Shown: piece by piece, positions 1 through 10,793 of the stretch
Numbering within the stretch: the stretch's first letter is position 1
Layout: each line of letters begins with the position of its first letter
NCBI GenBank assembly: GCA_963666425.2
Contig: OY762825.2
Span: 1,664,001 to 1,728,000, forward strand
From: Bacillota bacterium
GTDB taxonomy: Bacteria; Bacillota; JAAYKD01
Direction of reading: 5' to 3'
DNA length: 64,000 nucleotides
Notes under the pieces: model-generated
Databases searched by the model: none
Seen by the model: the letters and a program-made list of their open reading frames with translations, nothing else
Told to the model about the DNA's origin: nothing
Position numbers and translations under genes: made by a program

Positions 1-479
1 GCGGTAATAAACCAAACGGCGTATTGCCGCGGATTATTTTGTAAATCTTCAGCCAAATCGTGAAAACGAATCCATTTCATCTCGGATGCTTCTTCCGGAT
101 TGCGGCTGAAATGTCCCTCATAGTCAGCCAGGAAAACATGATCAAACTCATATTCCGTCAATTGATTGCTAAATTCAGCGCGATAGACAAAAGAAAACAC
201 TTCCTTAATCGGACAGACGATGCCCGCCTCCTGCCACAGCCGTTCTCTGGCTGCCGATTCCAGGTTTTCTCCCATTCTGGCGTGCGAGCAGCAGGTATTC
301 GCCCAAAGACCGGCGGAATGATATTTTGTCTCGGCTCTCTTTTGAATCAGCATCTCACCGTTGTGCACCAAAAAAACCGAAAATGCTCTGTGCAGCAAGC
401 CTGCCTGATGCACTGCCAGCTTTTCGCCGCTGCCAAGCGCCCGGTCGAAGACATCAACCAGGATCAAATCCTGACTCAT
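1..479 (-). CDS. idi: Isopentenyl-diphosphate delta-isomerase, type 1 (3' end runs off the window)
   Basis: Not in the ORF track. Manual translation from ATG at 479 (AAGGAG RBS upstream) gives MSQDLILVDVFDRALGSGEKLAVHQAGLLHRAFSVFL...IQKRAETKYHSAGLWANTCCSH...EYEFDHVF, with the LHRAFS, W-x-NTCCSH and E-x-E-x-DH motifs of type 1 IDI. Confidence 0.93.
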   Translation of the reverse strand, partial: MSQDLILVDVFDRALGSGEKLAVHQAGLLHRAFSVFLVHNGEMLIQKRAETKYHSAGLWANTCCSHARMGENLESAARERLWQEAGIVCPIKEVFSFVYRAEFSNQLTEYEFDHVFLADYEGHFSRNPEEASEMKWIRFHDLAEDLQNNPRQYAVWFIT

Positions 480-649
480 CTGTTCATCTCCTTTTAGCGC
501 GATTCCTGCTCGCACTGCAATCGAACTGCCGATCTGACCGGCATTGACCCGATGCGATCCTCTTAGTGTGTCTCTCTTGATTCTCATTCTACTCCGCTGC
601 CAAAATAACCTGCCATTTTGCCTGAACGCCGTCCCAGAGTGCAACAGGC

Positions 650-689
650 AAAAAGCAACTCCTCTGATTCTTTGAGAGTCAGAGGAGTT
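650..689 (-). terminator. Intrinsic terminator after rsmG
   Basis: Stem AACTCCTCTGATTCT/AGAGTCAGAGGAGTT, followed by GCTTTTT on the minus strand. Confidence 0.7.
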
Positions 690-698
690 TTCCTTGGC

Positions 699-1418
699 TT
701 AAAGAGGATTTTCTTTGGGTGTGCCGGCTTGGCGGGGATACTTTGTCGGCGTTTGACGAATTTTTTTTACCAAAAGCAAGCGTCTGTCCTGTCCGCTGAA
801 CGGCAGTTGCAAGCAGCAGTCCCGCTCCGCTCTGCCTCCCAACAGCTGCAAGGCGTTTTGTGCCTCGGATAGCTCTTCGGTCAAAGACGGTCCTTTTAAA
901 GCCAAGAATCTGCCGCCGGAACGGACAAAAGGCAGACAATATTCTAAAAGCACCGGCAAGGGTGCCACGGCTCTGGCCAAAGCCAGGTCGTAACGTTCAC
1001 GATGCAAAGCTAAGTGGGCGCCGTCTTCCGCTCTGGCGTGCAGCAGAGAAGCCGATAAATCCAGTCTTTCCAGCAGCTGACGTAAAAATTCCAAACGTTT
1101 GCCCAGAGAATCCAACAGCACAAGCTGCAAACCCGGTTCCAGGATCAGCAGCGGCACCCCGGGGAAACCGGCACCGGTGCCAATATCGATGACCCACATG
1201 CCGGAACGCAAAGAAACCAATTGCAGAACCGTGAGAGAATCTAAAAAATGTTTTTCGATAATCTCAAATTCATCCGTTACGGTGGTAAGGTTGATCTTTT
1301 GATTGTATTGCAATAAAAAATCAGCATAAATATCAAATCGCTGCAGCTGCTTCTCCGTCAGTTCAATGCCCAACTCTGCCGCACCTGTTTTCAGCTTCTC
1401 TAAATTCTCTTCTTTCAT
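699..1418 (-). CDS. rsmG: 16S rRNA m7G527 methyltransferase RsmG (GidB)
   Basis: [22 protein letters not shown] and YPRQAGTP motifs; start moved to ATG 1418, which overlaps the mnmG stop (ATGA). Confidence 0.97.
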   Translation of the reverse strand: MKEENLEKLKTGAAELGIELTEKQLQRFDIYADFLLQYNQKINLTTVTDEFEIIEKHFLDSLTVLQLVSLRSGMWVIDIGTGAGFPGVPLLILEPGLQLVLLDSLGKRLEFLRQLLERLDLSASLLHARAEDGAHLALHRERYDLALARAVAPLPVLLEYCLPFVRSGGRFLALKGPSLTEELSEAQNALQLLGGRAERDCCLQLPFSGQDRRLLLVKKIRQTPTKYPRQAGTPKENPL

Positions 1419-3295
1419 GACCGTTGCTCTCCTTTCCGACGCTGCTGCTCCAGCCAAATCAGCAAGACCGAAATATCCGCCGGGCTAACACCGGAAATCC
1501 GGGCAGCCTGGCCCAAATTACGCGGACGCACCCGGCTGAGCTTTTCTCTGGCTTCCTTGGATAGGCCCTGTAACGTTTGATAGGGTAGATTCTCCGCCAA
1601 AACAGTAAATTCCAGCTGTTGCTGATGCTGAACCTGCTCGGTTTGCTGCTTGATATAGCCGGCATAACAAACCTCTACTTCCACCTGGCTGCGCACCTCG
1701 GGTGATAAAGCCGCCAGCTCGCTGTCGAAAGGCAGCAATACTTCCATATTCAGCTCCGGCCGACGCAGCAGGGCAGCAAGGGAAGTGCTGTGTTCCATCG
1801 CTGTCGTGCCGGCTTTTTCCAGCACGGCGTTTAACGCCTCGCTTGGGGCGAGGAAGACACGCTCCACGCGTTCGATTTGCCGGTCGACCGCCTCTCTCTT
1901 GCTGCAGAAACGTTGGTAACGTTGTTCATCGATCAAACCTAAGGCATATCCATCAGGTGTCAGGCGCCGATCGGCGTTATCCTGACGTAAAATCAACCGG
2001 TATTCCGAGCGGGCGGTCATCATCCGGTAAGGCTCATTGGTGCCTTTGGTGACCAAATCATCAATCAAAACGCCGATATAGGCTTGCCAACGCTGTAAAA
2101 TCAGGGGCTCTTTGCCTTGCAGAGCCAAAACGGCATTAATCCCTGCCATCAAGCCCTGGGCTGCCGCTTCTTCATAACCGGAAGTACCGTTCAGCTGCCC
2201 GGCACTGTAGAGACCTGGGATGCGTTTCCACTGCAAGTCGGATTTCAATTCCAAAGGGTCCAGGCAATCATATTCAATGGCATAGCCGGGACGCATGATC
2301 TCAACCTGTTCCAATCCCGGGATGGTGCGTAAAAAAGCCAGCTGAATATCCATTGGCAAACTGGTTGACATCCCTTGCACATACATTTCTTCCGTAGCCA
2401 ACCCGGTTGGTTCGATAAACAGCTGATGCCGGTCTTTATCGGCAAAGCGCATGACTTTATCTTCAATACTGGGGCAATACCGCGGCCCGGTGCCCTTGAT
2501 TACGCCGCTGAACAGCGGTGCCCGGTGAATATTTGCCTTGATGAGCGCGTGCGTGGCGGGGTTTGTCCAAGTCAGCCAACAGCAGCGAGTCGGTAAATCG
2601 GGATAGGGAGAATCGAAGCCAAAGCGTTCTTTTACTTCATCCCCATTTTGTCGGATCATTTTGCTGTAATCCAAACTATTGCCGTCCACCCGGGCGGGAG
2701 TTCCTGTTTTGAACCGCCGTAAGCTGACGCCAAGACGCTGCAAGGCGGTGGTTAGAGCCAAGGCTGCTTGCTGCCCATCCGGTCCGGAAGTGATTTGGTA
2801 ATCACCGATGATCACTTTGCCGCCAAGAAAAGTACCGGTCGCCAAAATCACTTTCGGCGCCGTGAAAACGCGGCCCAATTGATCGACCACCCCGCTGACC
2901 GCTCCCTCTTCCGTTAAGATGTCCTCCACCAGAGCTTGTTTCAATTGTAAATTCGGCTGAATTTCCAGGATATGCTTCATATAACGCAGATAAAGACCGC
3001 GATCAATCTGCGCCCGATAAGACTGCACTGCCGGTCCCTTGCTCGTATTCAGGCAGCGCATTTGAATGGCACAGGCATCGGCTGCCTTTGCTATTTCTCC
3101 ACCCAGCGCATCAATTTCTTTGATCAGATGACTTTTCGCCGGACCGCCCATGGCAGGATTGCAAGGCAATTGCGCTACAAAATCCAAACCAATGGCTAAA
3201 AGCAAGGTGCGGGCTCCCATTCTGGCCGCTGCCAATGCTGCCTCGCAGCCGGCATGTCCGGCGCCAACCACAATCAGATCATAATCGTATTGCAT
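1415..3295 (-). CDS. mnmG: tRNA uridine-5-carboxymethylaminomethyl modification enzyme MnmG (GidA)
   Basis: [30 protein letters not shown] and [16 protein letters not shown] motifs; canonical synteny. Confidence 0.98.
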   Translation of the reverse strand: MQYDYDLIVVGAGHAGCEAALAAARMGARTLLLAIGLDFVAQLPCNPAMGGPAKSHLIKEIDALGGEIAKAADACAIQMRCLNTSKGPAVQSYRAQIDRGLYLRYMKHILEIQPNLQLKQALVEDILTEEGAVSGVVDQLGRVFTAPKVILATGTFLGGKVIIGDYQITSGPDGQQAALALTTALQRLGVSLRRFKTGTPARVDGNSLDYSKMIRQNGDEVKERFGFDSPYPDLPTRCCWLTWTNPATHALIKANIHRAPLFSGVIKGTGPRYCPSIEDKVMRFADKDRHQLFIEPTGLATEEMYVQGMSTSLPMDIQLAFLRTIPGLEQVEIMRPGYAIEYDCLDPLELKSDLQWKRIPGLYSAGQLNGTSGYEEAAAQGLMAGINAVLALQGKEPLILQRWQAYIGVLIDDLVTKGTNEPYRMMTARSEYRLILRQDNADRRLTPDGYALGLIDEQRYQRFCSKREAVDRQIERVERVFLAPSEALNAVLEKAGTTAMEHSTSLAALLRRPELNMEVLLPFDSELAALSPEVRSQVEVEVCYAGYIKQQTEQVQHQQQLEFTVLAENLPYQTLQGLSKEAREKLSRVRPRNLGQAARISGVSPADISVLLIWLEQQRRKGEQRS

Positions 3296-3307
3296 TTGAC
3301 TTCACCT

Positions 3308-4693
3308 CTATTTGCCAACGCAAAACTGGCTGAAAATCGTATCGATAATATCTTCTGAAACCAATTCTCCGCTGATGGCAGCCAGTGCTTCATAAGCGGA
3401 ACGCAAATGAATCACGTAACAGTCCTCCGGCAACCCGACCGCGACTGCCTGCCGACAGGCTTCCACCTGCCGCAAAGCCTGTTCCACCGCGTCTTTATGC
3501 CTTAAATTGGTTAAGATCGGTTCGTTGCCGGCTGTCACTCTACCGGTCAGCACTCGCTGCCGAATCGCGTCCAGTAAATCCTCCAGACCTTCACCCAAAG
3601 CAGCCGCAATCGCAATTGGTTTTTGCTCAAAACCCAATTGCCGCAGTTCTTGCCGCAGATTACCGCCATCGGCGAGATCGGTCTTATTGATCACCAACAG
3701 CAGCGGTCTGTTTTTTACGAGAACTGCCAATTCCCGATCTTCCGCTTGCAGCGCTTCTTTGGCATCCAAGACCCATAAGACAAGATCGGCGGTATCGATG
3801 GCAGCCCGAGTGCGAATCATGCCCAGTTGTTCAATTTCATCGGCACTTTCGTGCAAGCCTGCCGTATCCACTAAGCGCATCACGATCCCATCCAGAGAAA
3901 AACGCTCTTCCAAAACATCACGGGTCGTGCCGGCAATGGCTGTCACGATTGCCCTATCTTCTCCCAGCAGGCTGTTTAGCAAGGAGGATTTGCCCACATT
4001 CGGCCGTCCCACGATCACAACTTTTAAGCCCTGCCGCAGGATTCTGCCCTGATCCGCCGTGACCAGCAGCTGCTGCAAGTCGCTAGCCAAAGCTGTTAAA
4101 TTTTGATCGAACTCCTGACAATCCAGCGGTTCGTAGTCGTCGGGAAAATCAATAGAAACCTCAATGACGGCGATCAAATGCAGGAATTCCCTAGTCAATT
4201 GGCCGATTCTCCGTCCCAAGAGGCCACTGAGCTGTGCCATCGCCTGCGCGGCTCCGGCTGCACCATCGGCCTGAATCAAATCCCTGACTGCCTCCGCCTG
4301 GGTCAAATCCAAGCGGCCGCTTAAGAACGCCCGTTTGGTAAATTCACCGGCTGTGGCTAGCAAAGCCCCCGACTGCAGTAAAAGCTGCAAAACCCGCTGC
4401 ACAACTACAATACCGCCGTGGGTTTGAATTTCCACCACATCTTCACCGGTGTAACTATGCGGCGCGGCAAAATAAAAACTGATCACTTCGTCAATGCAGC
4501 GACCACTGAGCGGTTCTATGACAGAACCGTAGTAGACCTGCCGCGGCTGCATCTTACCCGTTCGGCAGCCCGGCAGCAAGAGCACTTTACGGGCAATTTC
4601 TTCTGCATGATCTCCGCTTAAGCGTACAATCCCAATACCACCTTCGCCGGGTGGTGTTGAAATAGCAGCAATCGTATCACCGGAAGTCCACAT
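3308..4693 (-). CDS. mnmE: tRNA modification GTPase MnmE (TrmE)
   Basis: DTIAAISTPPGEGGIGIVRLSG, GRPNVGKSSL, GTTRD, DTAG, NKTD and C-terminal FCVGK; start chosen at ATG 4693 behind AAGGTGGGTG. Confidence 0.98.
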   Translation of the reverse strand: MWTSGDTIAAISTPPGEGGIGIVRLSGDHAEEIARKVLLLPGCRTGKMQPRQVYYGSVIEPLSGRCIDEVISFYFAAPHSYTGEDVVEIQTHGGIVVVQRVLQLLLQSGALLATAGEFTKRAFLSGRLDLTQAEAVRDLIQADGAAGAAQAMAQLSGLLGRRIGQLTREFLHLIAVIEVSIDFPDDYEPLDCQEFDQNLTALASDLQQLLVTADQGRILRQGLKVVIVGRPNVGKSSLLNSLLGEDRAIVTAIAGTTRDVLEERFSLDGIVMRLVDTAGLHESADEIEQLGMIRTRAAIDTADLVLWVLDAKEALQAEDRELAVLVKNRPLLLVINKTDLADGGNLRQELRQLGFEQKPIAIAAALGEGLEDLLDAIRQRVLTGRVTAGNEPILTNLRHKDAVEQALRQVEACRQAVAVGLPEDCYVIHLRSAYEALAAISGELVSEDIIDTIFSQFCVGK

Positions 4694-4753
4694 ACAGGTA
4701 TCACCCACCTTAACTACACATCAAAAAAAAATCAATTTTGATTGTATCAATCT

Positions 4754-4794
4754 AAAACAGAAGCATAGCACGTTTTGCTTAACACGCTATGCTT
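4754..4794 (-). terminator. Probable intrinsic terminator after jag
   Basis: Stem AAGCATAGC...GCTATGCTT followed by CTGTTTT on the minus strand. Confidence 0.55.
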
Positions 4795-4826
4795 ACATTT
4801 GTATTCAACCTGAACTAGGTTTTTGC

Positions 4827-5852
4827 TTATTTTTTGTAAATCACCACGTGTCGACGGCTGTCTTCACCGGCACTTTCCGTATAAACCGTCTCGCTGTCCT
4901 GTAACGCCATATGAATCAGGCGCCGTTCTCTGGCAGACATCGGCTCTAAGGAAATCGATTTTTCTGTGCTTTCCACTTCTCTGGCTAAGCGTTTGGCTAA
5001 ACGGATCAGCGTCTCTTCCCGACGCTTGCGATAATCACCGACATTCAATGTGATGCGCTGATGTTCTTCCCGGCCGCGATTAACCACAACCGTCAATAAA
5101 TACTGGAAGGCATCCAGGGTGTTGCCGCGCTTGCCAATCAAAATACCTAAATCATCGGCGTCTCCCAACAGATTGACCACAATGCTGTCCTCTTCTGTCC
5201 GAACGTTGACCCGACATTTTAACTGCATCGCCTGAATCATCTCGGCAGCGAACTTGTAGGCCCGCGCCGGAGCTTCCTCGGTAGGAATGGCCCAAACTTC
5301 ATCATCCATTTCGGTGATTTGCTTTTCTTCCGCAAAATTCTGACGCCCGCGTTTTTCGCTGCTGTCACGCTGTTCACTGTAATTGCCGCGAATACGATTG
5401 CTCTGACGCTCGGCATACTCCGGGCGGCTGCTCTGTCTGGGTAAGGATGACTGCGGTTGCGGTTCATTTTTGCTTGCTGGGCGGGGGTTAATTTTTTCTT
5501 CCGACAGCTGCTGAATGACCGGTTTACTTGCCACGACCGGAGATGCGCTTGATTTTAACTCCTGCACTTTGGGCTGTGCTTTTGTTTCCCGCTGCGGTTC
5601 TTTGGCTTTTTCCGGATCTGCCTTTAAGCTCAGATTCAAATCGGCTTTGAGTAAATCAGCAAAAGAGATTTTCTCTTCCGGTTCCACTTCGGTTAAGCGT
5701 ACTTCGGCTGCTTTCGCACCCAAACCCAAAAAACCTTTGCTGCCCGGTTCGATAATTTCTACACGGACCCGTTCTCTGGTTAACTGCAGCTCCTGCAAGC
5801 CAGACCAGATCGCTTCGTCCACTGTTTTTCCCTTTTTATTAATTATTCGCAT
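4827..5852 (-). CDS. jag: RNA-binding protein Jag/EloR (Jag_N, KH, R3H)
   Basis: GKTVDEAI...GSKGFLGLG N-terminus, LIGKRGNTLDAFQYL KH domain, ERRLIH R3H domain; downstream of yidC. Confidence 0.95.
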   Translation of the reverse strand: MRIINKKGKTVDEAIWSGLQELQLTRERVRVEIIEPGSKGFLGLGAKAAEVRLTEVEPEEKISFADLLKADLNLSLKADPEKAKEPQRETKAQPKVQELKSSASPVVASKPVIQQLSEEKINPRPASKNEPQPQSSLPRQSSRPEYAERQSNRIRGNYSEQRDSSEKRGRQNFAEEKQITEMDDEVWAIPTEEAPARAYKFAAEMIQAMQLKCRVNVRTEEDSIVVNLLGDADDLGILIGKRGNTLDAFQYLLTVVVNRGREEHQRITLNVGDYRKRREETLIRLAKRLAREVESTEKSISLEPMSARERRLIHMALQDSETVYTESAGEDSRRHVVIYKK

Positions 5853-5883
5853 GAACGCATGTCACCCTTTCCTAAGGTGCTAC

Positions 5884-6546
5884 CTATTTCTTCGTCACGG
5901 CTGTTTCCACAATGGGTTCCACCTTAATAAAATAGTTCAAAATCACTTGCTGTCCCATGGTGCAGAATTGACTGGTAGCCCAATATAGTCCCAAACTGGA
6001 CGGCTGACTCCAGCAAATCCAAACCATCATGGCCGGCATCATTAAAACCATCGTTTTTTGCTGCGGATCTTTAGTCATACCCGAAGCCCAAGATTGCAGG
6101 TAAGAAGCGACTCCGGCTAAAATCGGCAGAATATAATAAGGATCTTTCACCGATAAGTCTTTCAGCCAAAGGAAGGCACTGGCTGCGCCTTCCGGAAACA
6201 CAATCGTACGGAAGACAGAAAGAACAGCGATAAAGATAGGAAGCTGCAGCAGCACCGGTAAACAGCCAAGCAGTGGATTCACACCATATTTTTTCCAGAG
6301 GATGGAGGTTTCATTATTAATTTTTTCCGGATTACCCTTGAATTTCTCGTTAATCTCTTTAATTTGAGGTTGTAGAATCTGAGTGGCTTTCATTTGTCTG
6401 ACAGAAGCGATCCTGGTAGGGGTTAACAGGGCAGTAAAAATGACAGTAAACAAAATGATAGCCAGACCATAATTGCCTGTAATGTTAAAGCACCAGTCGA
6501 GGCAAAATTGAGCAATTCTGGTGATCGATGCCATGATTGAAGACAT
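5884..6546 (-). CDS. yidC: Membrane protein insertase YidC/Oxa1 (short form)
   Basis: NYGLAIILFT, GVNPLLGCLPVLLQLPIF, FLWLKDLS-DPYYILP and LGLYW motifs. Confidence 0.95.
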   Translation of the reverse strand: MSSIMASITRIAQFCLDWCFNITGNYGLAIILFTVIFTALLTPTRIASVRQMKATQILQPQIKEINEKFKGNPEKINNETSILWKKYGVNPLLGCLPVLLQLPIFIAVLSVFRTIVFPEGAASAFLWLKDLSVKDPYYILPILAGVASYLQSWASGMTKDPQQKTMVLMMPAMMVWICWSQPSSLGLYWATSQFCTMGQQVILNYFIKVEPIVETAVTKK

Positions 6547-6667
6547 AATCTGCTCCTTTCGATCATATAATCTATATTATTTATAAAGAGGAATGAAATC
6601 ATCAATTTTATTCATACTCTTGAAAGAACAATCTCATTCGTTGTTTTCAAATTGTAAGAATCCCGAT

Positions 6668-6880
6668 TTAGGGTAGCGGATCATATCCCCCCGCATGCCA
6701 TGGACCGCATTTCAGGATGCGTTTCACTGCCAGGAGGCCGCCTTTGGCAACACCATATCGATTGATTGCTTCATAAGCGTACTGAGAACAAGTTGGCTGA
6801 AACCGACAGGTTGAGCGTCCTTTCAAAGGAGAAAGAAAGCGCTGATAGAAAGAAATCAGCGATAAGCAAATCTTTTTCAT
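6668..6880 (-). CDS. yidD: Membrane protein insertion efficiency factor YidD
   Basis: [17 protein letters not shown] and [15 protein letters not shown] motifs. Confidence 0.95.
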   Translation of the reverse strand: MKKICLSLISFYQRFLSPLKGRSTCRFQPTCSQYAYEAINRYGVAKGGLLAVKRILKCGPWHAGGYDPLP

Positions 6881-6900
6881 CTTTGTTTTCCTTCTCTTTT

Positions 6901-7257
6901 TCAGGAAGCCTGGTTGAGCCAGTGGATCGCTTTGCTTTCACATTTCGCATAAGCTTCGGCGATTTGAGCGTAGCGGACCTGCAGGGCCTGTTTACGCAGC
7001 ATCACGACGATGTCGTAGCCGGAAAAGCAGTCAGACTTGCTGTTCAAGCGAACTACTTCCCGCAATTGCCGCCGGATACGGTTGCGCTGTACAGCGTTGC
7101 CGATTTTCTTACCGGAAGCAAACCCGATCCGGCAGACTTTACTGCCCGGTTTACGCAGCAGATAAATCACAAGCAAAGGATGCACAAAAAAACGTCCTTT
7201 GTCGTATACTTTCTGGAAATCGCGGTTTTTTTGCAGTTTTATCCAGCGTTTTTTCAA
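6901..7257 (-). CDS. rnpA: Ribonuclease P protein component
   Basis: [11 protein letters not shown] and [18 protein letters not shown] (RNR motif); between rpmH and yidD. Confidence 0.95.
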   Translation of the reverse strand: MKKRWIKLQKNRDFQKVYDKGRFFVHPLLVIYLLRKPGSKVCRIGFASGKKIGNAVQRNRIRRQLREVVRLNSKSDCFSGYDIVVMLRKQALQVRYAQIAEAYAKCESKAIHWLNQAS

Positions 7258-7343
7258 AGTTTCACTCTTTTCATTTCAATAAGAAGTTACTTCTCCCGCC
7301 AAAAACTTCCCGTCAAAAATAGATGGTTTAGAGCGAGACATGG

Positions 7344-7372
7344 AAAAAAGACCACGCAAGGGTGGCCTTTTT
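7344..7372 (-). terminator. Terminator/attenuator between rpmH and rnpA
   Basis: Minus strand AAAAAGGCCAC-CCTTGC-GTGGTCTTTTTT immediately after the rpmH stop. Confidence 0.6.
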
Positions 7373-7505
7373 ATGCAGTCAGTTTTTTTCTGCCTTTTAG
7401 GCGACGACGGCTTATGGTAAGACGTCCACCGCGGGTTGACATCCGTTTGAGAAAACCGTGATCATTTTTACGCTTCCGTTTGTTAGGCTGATATGTTCTC
7501 AGCAT
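7371..7505 (-). CDS. rpmH: 50S ribosomal protein L34
   Basis: Below the ORF-track length cut-off. Manual translation gives [44 protein letters not shown] (44 aa) with an AGGAGGTG RBS. Confidence 0.97.
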   Translation of the reverse strand: MLRTYQPNKRKRKNDHGFLKRMSTRGGRLTISRRRLKGRKKLTA

Positions 7506-7662
7506 TGTCCAACACCTCCTTCTATCACCATCCTGTTATTTGCGGGCAAATCACAGGCTTCAGGCAATGTTACAGTATAGAAAGCATTATAATCGAAAAG
7601 TCTGTATCTGTCAATCATTTGCAACAGCGTTTTGAAACTTGTCCGCTCAGATCGGAAAAAAG

Positions 7663-7933
7663 TGTTGATAACTCTGCCGTGTTATGTTAATATATTGCCA
7701 TCGTGCTGTTACTAAGCTGTGGATAATCCTAAAAGTCGAAAAGTTATTAACGTTTGTGGATAACTTTGTTTACAACTTTTGTTTTTCCGTGATTTTTCGG
7801 TGACTTTACCGTCGAATGCAGAAAACAGCTGTGGATAACCGCGTGCTCTACAAGGGTTTTTCTCTTTTTATACACAGCGCAGAGCCAAAACAGCAGCAAT
7901 GTTATCCACATTTCATACACAAAATGTGGAAAC
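7663..7933. promoter_or_regulatory. DnaA-box cluster upstream of dnaA (autoregulatory and/or first oriC sub-region)
   Basis: Consensus TTWTNCACA boxes at 7718-7726, 7755-7763, 7830-7838 (TGTGGATAA), 7868-7876 (TTATACACA) and 7902-7910 (TTATCCACA); near-consensus boxes at 7663, 7913 and 7925. Confidence 0.92.
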
Positions 7934-8058
7934 CACGGAGGAAAACTATTTTTTAAAAGCGCTTGCTTGATTTGCCGGAGCCGACCGCGAGAATTTTCTT
8001 ACATCCTTGCAGAGGAATGTTCCTATTATTGAAAGAAAAAGATAAGGATGCTGGTATT

Positions 8059-9393
8059 ATGAATGAACTGAATACAATTTGGCAGAATACTCTGAAGAAA
8101 TTGGAAACGCGTCTGCAAAAAGTCGTCTTTGAGACCTTTATCAACCGGTTGACACCGGTGAATATTTACGAGGATACGATGATCCTCAATAGCTCTGATC
8201 CGATCCTGCAAAAATTCATTCAGGAAAATTATAGTAAAATCATCTGTGATTCCATTAAAGAATCCACTGGGCTGGATTTGAAAGTGGAAATCATTTCACC
8301 GCAAGTCTCTCACGATCATGTGATCGAACCGGTGGAACCAATCGTCCCGGCGGGTTTACGGGAAATGCCTTATAATGCCATGAATCCAAAATATACCTTT
8401 GAACGTTTTGTCAAAGGAAAATCGAATGAATTTGCCCATGCGGCTGCCTTAAGAGTCGCGGAGGCGCCGGGCACGACGTACAATCCTTTTTTCATTTATG
8501 GCGGTGTTGGCTTAGGCAAAACACATTTGATGCACGCCATTGGCAATCATGTTTACAAAAACAATCCTACCGCCCGCATTGTTTATATTCCTTTTGAACA
8601 CTTCCTCAACGAATTTATTGCCGCCATTCGTAATGATACAACCCGAGAATTTCGGGACCGCTACCGCAATATTGATTTGCTCCTGATTGATGACATTCAA
8701 TTCATCACCAAAAAAGAGGAGACCCAGACGGAATTTTTCCATACCTTCAATGCACTTTATAATGCGAAAAAGCAAATCGTGATTGTCTGTGACCGGCCGC
8801 CCAAAGAAATCCCGGCTCTGGAAGACCGCATCCGCACCCGTTTTGAATGGGGAATGATTTGCGATATTCAGCCACCGGATTTGGAGACACGCGTCGCCAT
8901 CCTGCAAGCCAAAGCGACGGAAGAATTCATGAATGTCCCGGATGATGTGCTCTATTTTATCGCCTCCAATATCAAAAGCAACATTCGGGAATTGGAAAGC
9001 GCTCTGCTGCGGGTCAATGCCCGCTCCCTGCTGATGCGTCAGACTGTCACCATCGATTTTGTCAACGATACGCTGAAAGACACCATCACCAATCAGAAAA
9101 TCAAAGTGATTACCATCGAATCCATTCAGGAGGAAGTCGCTCATCAATACAGTATTACGATCAATGACATGAAGGCAAAAACCAGAACGGCAAACATCAC
9201 CTTTCCCCGCCAGGTGGCCATGTATCTTTGCCGCTCCCTGACCGATAATTCCTTGAAAAAAATCGGCGACGCCTTTGGCGGCCGGGATCATGCCACTGTG
9301 CTGCATGCGATTGAAAAAATCGATGAAGCCCGCAATAATGACAGCAAATTTGATCGCCTCCTGCAGGAAATCGTGCAACAGATTCAAGTTTAG
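8059..9393 (+). CDS. dnaA: Chromosomal replication initiator DnaA
   Basis: NPKYTFERFV, YGGVGLGKTHL, LLIDDIQF and GGRDHATVLHA motifs; start set at ATG 8059 behind AAGGATG. Confidence 0.98.
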   Translation: MNELNTIWQNTLKKLETRLQKVVFETFINRLTPVNIYEDTMILNSSDPILQKFIQENYSKIICDSIKESTGLDLKVEIISPQVSHDHVIEPVEPIVPAGLREMPYNAMNPKYTFERFVKGKSNEFAHAAALRVAEAPGTTYNPFFIYGGVGLGKTHLMHAIGNHVYKNNPTARIVYIPFEHFLNEFIAAIRNDTTREFRDRYRNIDLLLIDDIQFITKKEETQTEFFHTFNALYNAKKQIVIVCDRPPKEIPALEDRIRTRFEWGMICDIQPPDLETRVAILQAKATEEFMNVPDDVLYFIASNIKSNIRELESALLRVNARSLLMRQTVTIDFVNDTLKDTITNQKIKVITIESIQEEVAHQYSITINDMKAKTRTANITFPRQVAMYLCRSLTDNSLKKIGDAFGGRDHATVLHAIEKIDEARNNDSKFDRLLQEIVQQIQV

Positions 9394-9432
9394 AGTTTAT
9401 TTTGCAATTAAAATGGAAAGAGGTTGAAATCG

Positions 9433-10557
9433 ATGATTATCAGATTTGAAAAAGAGGACTTACTATACGGTGTTTCTCTGGCTCAGCGAGTTGTTCCCGC
9501 CAAATATCCGCAAGCTTCTGTAACCGGATTGCTAATCAAAACACTGGACCCGCAAACGGTGGAAATCACCGGCACCGATATGGAGCTTTCTCTGCAGGTT
9601 AAAATTCGTGCCGAGGTGGAAGAAGCCGGACAAGTTGTTTTACCGGCGCGCTTTCTCTCTGATGTGATCCATCGTTTCCCGGAAGGAACCGTTACGATGA
9701 CGATGGCGCAGGGGGATTATCTGGTTAAACTGACCGGCAATAAAATAAAAATGGATTTGCGCGGCATGGATCCACTGGATTACCCTGTTCCCCAAGCACT
9801 CTCCACCGAAAAAAGCTGGACTGTAACGCAGAATGTCTTGAAACGGGCGATCAATAAAGTCGATTTTGCCATCTCACAGGACGAAGCCAGACCCGTGATG
9901 ACCGGTATGCTCTTAAAATTGAGCAGCAGCGGGAATCGGGTCCTGGCCATGGATGGTTTCCGTCTGGCGGAATATGCTTTGGAAGTAGAACAAACCGAGG
10001 AAGAATTTGAATGCATCATTCCGGATAAATGTATCAGAGATTTGGAAAAATTGCTGAATTTAAACGACACACCGGTCACGCTTTGCTTCACACAAAATCA
10101 TATGAGCGTCATTTTGGACCGGATTACCTTCCAGACTCGCCTGATTGACGGTCAGTATCCCTTTAAAAGCGCCAAAGAATTGATGCGGAAATCACCCACC
10201 AGTCATATATTGGTTTCCCGCCGTGATCTGATCGACAGCATCGACCGCAGCTTGCTGCTGACACGAGACGACAATCGTGGTTCCAATATCGTTCGTTTGC
10301 AATTTGAAGCGCAGCAATTGATCATCAGCGCGACCTCGCCGGAACTCGGTCAAATGTATGAAGAAATTCCCATTGAAAAAGATGGCGACGACATTACCAT
10401 TGGCTTTAACGGTAAATTTTTGCTGGATTTTCTGCGCAGCATTGAAACTGAGATCGTAAAATTTGATTTAGCCGGCAGTTTGGCTGCCGGGATCATCTAC
10501 GCTGTGGGAGATGAAAAATTCACCGGCTTCCTTTCTCCGATCCGTTTGGCACAATAA
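9433..10557 (+). CDS. dnaN: DNA polymerase III beta sliding clamp
   Basis: GTDMEL, DEARPVMTG, AMDGFRL, RLIDGQYP, IGFNGKFL and C-terminal LSPIRL; start ATG 9433 behind GAAAGAGG. Confidence 0.96.
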   Translation: MIIRFEKEDLLYGVSLAQRVVPAKYPQASVTGLLIKTLDPQTVEITGTDMELSLQVKIRAEVEEAGQVVLPARFLSDVIHRFPEGTVTMTMAQGDYLVKLTGNKIKMDLRGMDPLDYPVPQALSTEKSWTVTQNVLKRAINKVDFAISQDEARPVMTGMLLKLSSSGNRVLAMDGFRLAEYALEVEQTEEEFECIIPDKCIRDLEKLLNLNDTPVTLCFTQNHMSVILDRITFQTRLIDGQYPFKSAKELMRKSPTSHILVSRRDLIDSIDRSLLLTRDDNRGSNIVRLQFEAQQLIISATSPELGQMYEEIPIEKDGDDITIGFNGKFLLDFLRSIETEIVKFDLAGSLAAGIIYAVGDEKFTGFLSPIRLAQ

Positions 10558-10568
10558 AGGAGAGAATC

Positions 10569-10793
10569 ATGGAACAATTTCAATACTACGGCGAGTTCAT
10601 CACGCTGGGACAGTTTCTCAAGACGCAGAATATTGTTTACAGCGGCGGGGAGATCAAAACTTTCCTGATGGAACGCTCTGTTCTGGTCAACCAGGAACGG
10701 GAAACCAGACGCGGCCGTAAGCTGCGCTCCGGTGATACCGTTGCCATTGCCGGTATTGGCAGCTGGCAGCTGATGCAAGGAACTGACCGATGA
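10569..10793 (+). CDS. yaaA: S4-domain RNA-binding protein YaaA
   Basis: FITLGQFLK...SGGEIK...VNQERETRRGRKLRSGD; position between dnaN and recF. Confidence 0.93.
   Translation: MEQFQYYGEFITLGQFLKTQNIVYSGGEIKTFLMERSVLVNQERETRRGRKLRSGDTVAIAGIGSWQLMQGTDR

Noticed and set aside
60-497. 145-aa plus-strand ORF
   Set aside because: Antisense shadow of idi, which has clear family motifs and an RBS.
9283-9300. Altered DnaA-box specificity from RDHATV instead of RDHTTV
   Set aside because: The boxes in the window are canonical TTATCCACA, so there is no sign of changed specificity.
8512-9387. 291-aa minus-strand ORF (and similar long antisense ORFs in gyrA, mnmE, rnpA/rpmH and the ceramidase-like gene)
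   Set aside because: They lie antisense to well-conserved genes and show no recognisable motifs.
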